Shown here: in pieces, positions 55,164 to 64,000 of the stretch
Position numbering within the stretch: position 1 is the stretch's first letter
Layout of the letters: each line of letters opens with the position of its first letter
NCBI GenBank assembly: GCA_964019335.1
Contig: OZ025710.1
Coordinates: forward strand, 440,299 to 504,298
DNA: 64,000 bases
From: Diplonema japonicum
Taxonomy: Eukaryota; Protista; Euglenozoa: Diplonemea
Reading direction: 5' to 3'
Program-made: the position numbers and the translations under genes
Notes under the pieces: model-generated
Seen by the model: the letters and a program-made list of their open reading frames with translations, nothing else
Databases searched by the model: none
Told to the model about the DNA's origin: nothing

Positions 55164-55484
55164 AACGCTCCATCCTTGAAAACCCCGGCTCGTGTCAAAT
55201 TACAACAAAAAAAAGGGGAGGGAACAGAAAACGAGAAACGACAGCATTAAATTGAATAATAAAAATAAAAAAGCGAAAACCGAACAAATGAAAAAAAAAA
55301 AATTACATTTATTAAATGGACCACCCCGGGAGAGAGGGGGGGGTCGGGAGGGCACCAGCTTCTTGGCCTTTTTCTTCTTCTTGTGTACGGTCAGTTTGTC
55401 CCATTGTTTTCCTTTTCTCCCCCCCCCCCCCCAGGGTTGTTGCTGTTGATGGCTGCTGCACGGGAGTTATCAAAGCAGCCGCCA

Positions 55485-55515
<31 letters not shown>

Positions 55516-55889
55516 CTTTTTGTTTCCCCCCCTACTTTTTACCTCAACTGGAACCCCGAACAAACGCCCTAGTGTGTTACGTTAGATACCGGGAAAAAAA
55601 AGGGGGGGGGGGAAGGAATTTTTTTTGAAAGTTCTGTTATTCTATTTTGTGGCCTCAAGGAATGAGATACAACGAAAAAAAAAAAGAAGAAAAAAACCCG
55701 TTGATTTACGGACCCACTTGCTTAAGGCGGCAACAAAATTGCCCACACACAGCAAGCCTTGCCGTGTTGTTCTTGCTTGTCTCTTGAATGTCACCTCTGT
55801 TAACAAGCAGCACTCTTGTGTCCCACCTACGCACAATGCCAAAAAAAAAAAAAAAAAAAATAAAAAAAAGGAAAAAATAAAAAAAAAAA

Positions 55890-56906
55890 ATGCCGCGCCC
55901 CCCAACACAAGCCCTCGTAGCTGCTGTACTGGCTCTTACTATGTTCATGTACATAAGCGGCACTTCGGATAGGTTCATGCCTTGCAAGCCTGTTCCACCC
56001 CCGAAGCACGAGCCCGTCCCGACACTCACAACAGGGCCGCAAGGGATCCTTCCCGTCTTCCAAGCGGAGCCCGACCTGACCCTGTTCAGGTCCAGGCTGT
56101 GCTCCTACACTCACGCATCACAGGAATGGGTCACCGCGTACATCAACAACATGGGCGACGGCCCCAACAGGCTGCACAGGAAGCAGTGGGAGTTCGCCGT
56201 CATCGTCGAAGCACTCGACAAGCTTCGAATGTTGGGACCGAACAAGATAGGGCTTGGGTTCGCTGTTGGGCAGGAACCCCTGGCGAGGTACTTCGTGAAG
56301 CGAGGGTCTTCGGTCACCGTCTCCGACATGCCTTTGCAAGGGAACTTCAGGAAGGAGTGGGCATCAACAGGCCAGCACGCTAACGAACTGGAGTACACGT
56401 TCAGGCCTGGTATTGTGACGCTGGAGGAGTACAAAATGAGAGCTAACTTCGAACCGATTGACATGAACAACATCCCGAAGCACCTGCTGCAAGGTCACTA
56501 CGACTTCATATGGTCATGCGGGTCACTGGAGCACGTTGGGGTCGGGCAGGCGTCGCTGCAGTTCATCATCAACTCCCTGGACGCACTCAAGGTGGGTGGT
56601 GTCGCTGCACACACCACAGAGTTTCTGTTGAACAGCCAGTCCACTTTCGAAGCCCCTGGGCTGAACTTCTTCACTGAGCAGGAGATGCAAGACTGGGCCA
56701 CCGTCCTCCGGGAGCTTGGGCACACAGTAGTCCCACTGGAGTTCGCAGCGGGGACCACCTTTGACGTGGACTCTCTAAAAGACCATCGCTACAGCAACCA
56801 CATCCAAGTAAAGGACATGCACACTATTCACACATCAGTCAGCTTCATCGTTATTAAAGGAAAGCCCACTGGGAAACATGTGCCCCTGCCGAGAAGGCGG
56901 AAGTGA
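55890..56906 (+). CDS. Membrane-anchored class I SAM-dependent methyltransferase, 338 aa
   Basis: TM/signal segment, then HRKQWEF, GLGFAVGQEPL, VTVSD, IDMNNIP, YDFIWSCGSLEHVG, LKVGGVAAHTTEF. Confidence 0.82.
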   Translation: MPRPPTQALVAAVLALTMFMYISGTSDRFMPCKPVPPPKHEPVPTLTTGPQGILPVFQAEPDLTLFRSRLCSYTHASQEWVTAYINNMGDGPNRLHRKQWEFAVIVEALDKLRMLGPNKIGLGFAVGQEPLARYFVKRGSSVTVSDMPLQGNFRKEWASTGQHANELEYTFRPGIVTLEEYKMRANFEPIDMNNIPKHLLQGHYDFIWSCGSLEHVGVGQASLQFIINSLDALKVGGVAAHTTEFLLNSQSTFEAPGLNFFTEQEMQDWATVLRELGHTVVPLEFAAGTTFDVDSLKDHRYSNHIQVKDMHTIHTSVSFIVIKGKPTGKHVPLPRRRK

Positions 56907-57439
56907 AAAATTTTTTTTGAAACAAAATAGAATAGACCATGAACTAGTAATAAAGAGAAAAAAAAAAAAGAAAGAAAGAAAAAAAAAAGAAAAGAAAAAA
57001 GATAAGCAATCAAGAAGTTTTTTTGAAAAAAAATTAAATAGTTTCGGTACAAGTAGGACAATGTGTGCTGCTTGGATATCGCTTTGCTGGTTAGTTTTGG
57101 AATCTAAGAAGAAGAAGAGAAGAAAAATTAGATATCAATGGTGGAGGGGATCGTGTCCCCTCTTCCCCCCCCCCTCCAAAGATCACAGTAGATTTCTGTT
57201 TTCGTGTTTTTTTCTCCCTCTTTTTTTGTTTACTTGAGCCGGGCTTTCAAGGGTGGGAGTGGAAATAAGATTGAAAATAAGATTTTACTTTATGTCACTC
57301 CTAGCTTTATTTTCACTCTCAGTTTATCTTGAAATTAAGTGCAGTGAAATAATGTTAGGGATACAAAGGCAGAGGCGTCGAAAGATCATAAAGCAAGATC
57401 AACGCCATCGTCCAACGAAACTTCGGTATAAAAAAAAAA

Positions 57440-57640
57440 ATGCAGAGTTTTCCCAGGGTTGCACTTCTTTTGAAGCGGTGAAAAAAGCTTCAGTGCTTAG
57501 TCAGGAACAAATGAATGAGTATCTGGCAATGAAATTCAGCGACCCCTACAACATAGTGCATCAGGCATATGCAGCTTGCATGTTTGCAAGCGGGATGAGG
57601 ACAAAAGAGTCGCACAAACTGAAATTTAGCGACGACACCC
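57440..57640 (+). pseudogene. Truncated Crypton-like tyrosine recombinase fragment
   Basis: KKASVLSQEQMNEYL...YAACMFASGMRTKESHKLKFSD matches YR box I (G-x-R-x2-E-x3-L-x3-D). Downstream HxxR and Tyr motifs are absent. Flanked by AGTGAAATAA-type motifs and hairpins. Confidence 0.6.
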
Positions 57641-57715
57641 AAATCCCACTTTTCACCTGTTGTAACCCTGCCACCTCCCACCCTTTCAAACCCGGCTCTT
57701 GTTAAATAAAACAAC

Positions 57716-57869
57716 TTATTAGTGAAAATAAGAGCATTATTCCACTTGTGGTGGCAGGTTTAACTCGTAGCTTTTTACTTCACGAGCGAAGCGAGTGAAC
57801 TAAGATCCCTACTCGTTAAACCCCCTGCCACCACGCGTGAAATAATGCTATCTTATTTTCACTTAATAA
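57716..57869. repeat. ~155-nt imperfect palindrome centred on GC-GAA-GC
   Basis: TTATTAGTGAAAATAAGAGCATTATT...GTGGTGGCAGG...CACGAGC GAA GCGAGTG...CCTGCCACCAC...AATAATGCTATCTTATTTTCACTTAATAA. Confidence 0.85.
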
Positions 57870-58059
57870 ATAGCTGTTTTTTTCGTGATGAAAGCAATGC
57901 TCCAGAAGGGGAGTATTAACAGATAGACCCCCCCTCCCATAGGGCGGCCCTCTAGCGGGGGGCTTGTCCTGTACTTGAGTTTTTTTTTTTTTTTTTCTAG
58001 GCACGCCACCGCGGTGAGCCGTTGCTAACCACTATGTTCCTATCATAGTGAATTTTTCT

Positions 58060-58177
58060 TTTTTATTTACTGCCAACAAGTAATGACTTTACCGTTACCT
58101 CGAGGACGGTAAGTCATTACTTGGCGGTAGGTATGTGTGAAGAGTGCGTGAAGTAATTTCAGAATAGTGAAATAAAA
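58060..58177. repeat. Short hairpin element related to the 24435 element
   Basis: TACTGCCAACAAGTAATGACTTTACCGT...ACGGTAAGTCATTACTTGGCGGTA, ending AGTGAAATAAAA. Shares TGCCAACAA.TAATGA and TTGGCGG arms with 24440-24560. Confidence 0.7.
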
Positions 58178-58984
58178 TGAATGGATTTCGTTTCATTCTT
58201 GCGTGCCCTTCCCCCCCCCCCCCCCCCCCCCCCACCCCCACCCCACCCTCCCTCTTCTCCTTCCTCGAAGAGACGGTGCTTAGTGCTTAGACTTTAAACC
58301 CTCCCTCCCCCCTGCCGTTCATTACTTTATGTCTTTTCATTTTTTGATTGATCAACTTTTGTCCTTTGCAAAAAAAAAAAGGGAAAAAAAAAGAGGTCGA
58401 GGCAGCATTGTCTGGATAACCCGGCTTTGCACAATAACACCCCAATTTTACTTAAAATGCAGCATCTAAGGTGCCTCAAGAGTAATGATCAAGCGCACTT
58501 GTGACCCCTGGTACAACCCGGTCGGGTTACTGTTAAAAGTACTTAGCGAAAAATATATGGTACTACCCAGCCCCCGAAAATCCGGGTTTTTAACACCCTA
58601 TTTTTTACTTTTTCAAGGGGTTCCCTTGGGATTTGGCTTAACATGACCTTTTTCAGAAAAACCAATTCTTAACACTTTCCCAGTTCATGCAGAACTTCGA
58701 CGTTGGTATCTTTGGAGCCAAACTTGCATTCTCTACCCCCCCTTTTTTTTGCACTCATAAAACTTGAAAATTGAAAAATTTGTTTTTTTAAGGGGGTTTT
58801 AAGATGTCATTTTGTTGACCTTTTTTTTCCAGACGAGCTCATATATCCCACTTTAAAAGAAGAGTCTGTGTGTAAATAGGGAGGGTGGGGGGGGAGAGAA
58901 ACAAAGAAAAAGGGGTTTTAAAAAAAAAGGGGGGGGGGGAAACGAAACAAAACAAAAACAAAAAGGTAGTGCAAACTTGCTAAG

Positions 58985-60082
58985 ATGGCTCGCCCCCCAC
59001 CATCGACACTGGTTGCAGTGGTGCTCCTCCTCACGGCTTTCCTGTACGTCAGCCACAACCAGGCCACCACGGGTGAAAGTGGGCGCACGACTGTGCACGT
59101 TCCTGTACCTGTGCCCGTCCCTGTCCCTATCCCTGTCCCTGTCCCTGTCCCTGTCCATGCTGGTAGTTCCCAACCCGTGGGCGCCTCGTTCGCTGGGCGC
59201 CCTGCATTCGGCTGCCTTCCTGAGCTCCAGATTGAGCCCAACCTGACTGCCTTCAGGTCCAGACTGTGCACCTACACCCAGGTGTCGCAGGAATGGGTCA
59301 CGACGTACCTGGCAGAAATGGGCGACGGCCCCAACAGGATCCACAGGAAGCAGTGGGAGTTCGCCGTCATCGTCGAAGCACTCGACAAGCTGAACGTCAT
59401 CCGCGAAGGGTCGCGTGGGCTTGGGTTCGCTGTTGGGCAGGAGCCCCTGGCGAGGTACTTCGTGAAGCGAGGGTCGAGGGTGACAGTGTCGGACATGCCT
59501 CTCCAGAACAACTACAGGGGCGAGTGGGCATCGACAGGCCAGCACGCTGGTCAGTTGGAGAACACATTCAAGCCTGGCCTAATCACGCTGGAGGAGTACA
59601 CAATGAGAGCTAACTTCGAACCGATTGACATGAACAAAATCCCGAAGCACCTGCTGCAGGGCGAGTACGACTTCATATGGTCATGCGGGTCACTGGAGCA
59701 CGTTGGGGTCGGGCAGGCGTCGCTGCAGTTCGTAATCAACTCCCTGGACGCACTCAAGGTGGGTGGTGTCGCTGCACACACCACAGAGTTTCTGTTGAAC
59801 AGCAGGGACACCTTCGAGTCTAACGGGCTGAATTTTTTCACTGAGCAGGAGATGCGTGACTGGGCCACCGTCCTCCGGGAGCTCGGGCACACCGTTATCG
59901 AGCAGGAGTTCGCAGCAGGTACAACCTTTGACATTGACGCACAGGGTGATCACCGTACAGACAACCACATCCAGTTGTTGGACCACTACAGCAAGGCTCG
60001 CGTGCACACATCAGTCAGCTTGATCATCATCAAGGGACCGCCTACAGGGAAGCATGTCGACCTGCCACCCAGACGGAAGTAG
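58985..60082 (+). CDS. Membrane-anchored class I SAM methyltransferase, 365 aa; paralog of 55890-56906 with a (VP)n stem
   Basis: Same motifs as 55890-56906, with long nucleotide-identical blocks shared between the two. Confidence 0.82.
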   Translation: MARPPPSTLVAVVLLLTAFLYVSHNQATTGESGRTTVHVPVPVPVPVPIPVPVPVPVHAGSSQPVGASFAGRPAFGCLPELQIEPNLTAFRSRLCTYTQVSQEWVTTYLAEMGDGPNRIHRKQWEFAVIVEALDKLNVIREGSRGLGFAVGQEPLARYFVKRGSRVTVSDMPLQNNYRGEWASTGQHAGQLENTFKPGLITLEEYTMRANFEPIDMNKIPKHLLQGEYDFIWSCGSLEHVGVGQASLQFVINSLDALKVGGVAAHTTEFLLNSRDTFESNGLNFFTEQEMRDWATVLRELGHTVIEQEFAAGTTFDIDAQGDHRTDNHIQLLDHYSKARVHTSVSLIIIKGPPTGKHVDLPPRRK

Positions 60083-60372
60083 TGTCGTTCATCAAACTTC
60101 TCAAACCCCTTTTAAAAAAAAGAAAAGAAGAAAAAAAAAAAAGAAAAAGCAGCGAGTCGAGAATAATAATAAGAAAAGTCCCGTATTTCCAACATTAACA
60201 AGAGAGAAGAAGCAAATTCAAAATGCAAACAAGGGTAAGGGTAGGGTCGGCGGCCGTTGCACCGCATTTCCCCCCCCCTTTTTTTTTCTTTTTTATGTGT
60301 TTCACATTTTTTTTAAATCAAAATCTGATATCGCGACCGGTATTTATTTCCACACCACCTTTAAAAAAAAAG

Positions 60373-60410
<38 letters not shown>

Positions 60411-60625
60411 CGGATGTTGAACAAAATAAAATAGAAATGGGAAGGGGGTGAAACCCCTTCTCCCCCCCTCCTGTTGTTGCTCTTTCGACGGCTTTAATAA
60501 TACAAAAAAGTGTTTTTCTCCCCCCCCCCACCCCCACCCCCTTCCTCTTGTATTATTGATTTTGTCGAAGACAACTAGCGCCCAATAGTTGATTGTTTGC
60601 ATGCAAGGTGGAGGGGAAATTATCG

Positions 60626-60692
<67 letters not shown>

Positions 60693-61041
60693 CTGCAGGT
60701 ACTGGGACTCAAAAGAGGTGCTTTGATCTAATATTATCAATTTCACTTTTTTATCAAAACTGTTGGGTTTGCGTCCTTAAGGGGAAATAACTCTGATAGT
60801 TTATTTGTGTTATGTGTTTCGTTCCCCCCCCCTTTTTTTTTAATAGTTTGTAACCCCTCGATAAAAAAGTGGTACTTTTTTCCCCAGACCTACACTGGGC
60901 ATCATTTGCCTGGCAATCATAGTCATTGTTCTAAGCTTGAAAACTATTTGAAAGCGTGATATTGCAATGAGGTAACTTTTTTTTGTTGCACCCCCCTCCC
61001 TAATGCTAGCCAACTCATCACGGGCATACGGGACGAGCGAG

Positions 61042-61078
<37 letters not shown>

Positions 61079-61478
61079 AAGAAAATGAAGAAAGAAAGAA
61101 ATCGAAATTTTTGCATCCGAAGGCTTTTAAGGCGTTGGGTTAAAGAAAAAAAGAAGAAGGAAAAAAAAAAGAAGGAAAAAAAATAATCTTTTGACTGACT
61201 GTTTGAGTACTATGGAGCACCCGAATCCATGGCTACAAAGGCAGGGTTTTTTCTTCTTCTTCTTTTCCTTCTTCTTTTTTTTTTATTCCTTTCTCTCTTT
61301 GCCTCGTCATATAATAGTAATTAATATTTTTTTTTTTTAAATCTTTCTTCCACCTCCCTTCCCCTCCCGTTCTTTTCTCACTTCATAATTTGCCCCTCTT
61401 ATTTATGTTATTGTCACCCCCCCTAGTTTTTAACAAGACAACTTCACAATTTACAGAATTCCTGCACCACCTTACACA

Positions 61479-64000
61479 ATGCGTTGGTGTTTGCCTCTTG
61501 TGGGCATCAGCTTCGCCCTCATGTCCGAGTGCGCGGAGCCCGAGAAACCTTATTGGGATGAATTCATCAGAAGACCTAAGTTCGCAGACAGGCTGAGGTT
61601 CCACCCCGACACAGGAGAGGAGTTGCTAAACAGGCGCGCTGCCGTGTGCAACCTGACAGGGACGTGGCAGGGGCTGCAGGTGGGGCCGCGCACAGATGAG
61701 TACTCGATGACGACGACGGGCCCCAACACCTTCACGGTGATCGCTGTGACGGCGGGGAACTGGAGCTACGGGGAGGGCACCATCGACAGCCAGACGGGGC
61801 ACGTCCACGTCGACATCGACAAGTCCAGTGCGCAGGGCATCTCCGTGGACGGGACCATCACGAACTGCTCGCACATCGCATGGGCCAACGGGTGGGTCTG
61901 GAAGAAACAGAACCTAATCAACAAAGTTCACGTCATCTTCATGAACCACCTCGACATTGGCTACGCCGTCCACACACCTGAAGGCAACCCTATTGGCTTC
62001 ATGGCCACCGTGCTGAACACCTACATCCAAGAGCACTTCCCCAGCGCCATCGAACTGGCGCTGTCCATGAGGGCCTACGGTGATGATCGCTTTGTCTACA
62101 CAACGCACCCCTGGCTCGTGTGGCTTTACCTGAATTGCCCGCCAAACACCAAATTCGCTAACGGGACGTCCCTCTACTGCCCTACCGAGGCTGAGAAGCA
62201 GAATCTTGCAGCAGCCGTGAACAGGAGCGACGTTGTGTGGCATGACGGGCCGTTCAACCTTCAGAACGAGGCTGTCGGGTGGGGGCCCTTGTTCGAGTGG
62301 GGCTTGGAGTTCACGAACGCCATCTCGAAGGCTTTCGGGAAGCCTAACCCGAAGAACAAGGTGTACAACCTGAGGGACGTGCCGGGCACTACTAGGGGCG
62401 TGGTCCCGTTGTTGGTGAAGAACGGGTACACTTCAATCACCATTGGGCAGAACCCCGGCACCCCTGCCACCGGTGGGTGGGGCCCGCATAAGATGTTCCT
62501 GTGGAAAGACAAGAACACCAACACGGAGATCCTCACTATGAACCATGCTGGTGGCTACCCTGGTGATCCGGGTCCGAGCCCCGAGGACTGCGGTGGGCTC
62601 TGCAGGAACGACTGCATGATGTTCGATGGGTTTGATGAGGCGCTGTGCTTCGCCTTCCGCACAGACAACAGCGGTCCTCCACCGTCCATCCAGGCAGTGC
62701 TTAACATCTATGAGATCCTGCACTCCGAGTTCCCTGGTGCAGACGTCTTCGCGTCCACGCTGCACGAGTTCACCGACAGGGTCAACAACTCCACCATGCG
62801 GTCGACCCTTCCCGTCTTCACGCAAGAGGTCGGCGACACGTGGATCCAGGGCTTGGGTACTGATGTGCTCATGTACGCGCAGTACCGTGCCTTCACCAGG
62901 GAACTCGAGAGCTGCGTCACGTGCAACATCAGCGACCCGAGGATCTTGAACGCAACAATGATGCTGCTTACAGTCCCCGAGCACACTGCCGGGCTTGGTG
63001 GCCCTGCTGAGTGGAACACGTGGTCGAACGCAGAGTTTGCTCATGCAAGGTACGAAGCCGGTTGGGCCGAACAGACCAACGTATGTCTTAAAGAGATCCT
63101 TACAACACCCAACAGAGTTATATCGAGCGCCGTGCTTGGATCCCGTACGCAGTGGAAGCACTGGAGAACCACCCTGTGAGGAAGCGTGTTGAGGTATAGT
63201 TGTCAGGGACATGTAAACACACCACAGGCTGCTTTGACCGAATTGGAAAATGTAAAAGAGCCCAATCTGTCGGGATACAAGAAGGAGAAGCTTGGCGACA
63301 CGTTCACATGCCATGGTGTGCATTACAAGTTCACTTCAAGCTGCGGTCTGGAAAGGGCATTCCTCGGTGGGAAGGAGTGGGCTTCGAAGAGCAACGTGCT
63401 TGGCGACATCGTGTACAGCACTTACACAACTGCCGATTTTAACAAAATGGCTGTGCCGTACGTCGGGCCTTGGGGGGACACATGTGGTTTCTACAAGCCG
63501 AACATGACGGAGAACGCAAACACCACGAGAGGCGACTACCGCCCGATGAACGCTGATGGCCATGTGTGGGTGAAGCCCAACCACTGCGAGGCATTGTGCA
63601 AGGTGACATACCCAAGCAATGTGCACACAAAATACGGAGCACCTTCGCACACATGGGTGAGTGTGGAGGTGGCAGACAAGGACACTATTAACCTGGAGAT
63701 GCTGAACTTCAACAAGACTATGACAAGGCTGACCGAGGCATTACACTACTCCTTCTATCCAGTGCGTGATGGGGGCTACACGTGGACCCTTCACAAACTG
63801 GGGCAGGAGATCTCGCCTTATGACACGATCCTGAACGGGAACCCGAAGCAGCACAGTGTGTGGCCTGGTGTCACGTACGGCGACCTTGCCATCAACGCTC
63901 TTGATGCTTCTGTTGTGTCCCCCATCACGGCGGATGCCCCTCCCACTCCCTTCCTATTCGACCTTCACCCACTACAGGCCGACTCCATTACCGGGATGGG
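61479..64000 (+). CDS. Secreted GH38-N-like / DUF5054-type glycoside hydrolase (3' incomplete); exons 61479-63080, 63116-63193, 63228->64000
   Basis: Signal peptide, KVHVIFMNHLDIGY, YTTHPWLV, DVPG.TRG, DNSGPP, EVGDTWIQG, EHT.G. Two 34-35-nt introns restore SYIERRAW... and YGAP...NKTMTRLTEA. Confidence 0.82.

Noticed and set aside
58410-58600. ACCCGG/CCGGGT motifs ending CCGGGTTTTTAACACCCTA, resembling a hAT-type end
   Set aside because: No partner terminal repeat or target-site duplication found in the window.

Overview
Eukaryotic (protist) nuclear DNA. Intergenic regions are homopolymer-rich, the coding exons are GC-richer, and the introns are very short GT-AG introns. All 20 host protein genes lie on the + strand. 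The strand layout and the VIPER/TATE-type gene order of the retroelement suggest a euglenozoan, possibly a diplonemid; this is inference only. Contents in order: (1) about 6.4 kb of low-complexity DNA. (2) A near-perfect 2516-bp tandem array with six identical genes for a 513-aa secreted protein, ending in a seventh, chimeric and divergent copy. Each unit carries a truncated palindromic element. (3) tRNA-Gly, tRNA-Ser, and a V-ATPase B gene whose last intron holds two inverted tRNA-Asp genes. (4) A complete ~4-kb tyrosine-recombinase retrotransposon (gag with PHD-like finger, YR, RT/RNase H; A1...B1-A2-B2 split direct repeats). Its gag end carries both a phased A-AAA-AAG slippery site and a single in-frame TGA before YR. 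(5) A mitochondrial carrier, a LYRM5-like protein, a DUF1275 protein, a coiled-coil protein, and a 1564-aa TerD-like + eEF1A-like pseudo-GTPase fusion. (6) A cluster of membrane-anchored methyltransferases: two spliced triple-FkbM genes with reciprocal ABB/BAA mosaic domains and two single-domain class I enzymes. (7) A Crypton-like recombinase remnant with DNA hairpins and a GH38-like/DUF5054 gene that runs off the window. All family assignments come from motif recognition by eye; no database searches were run.
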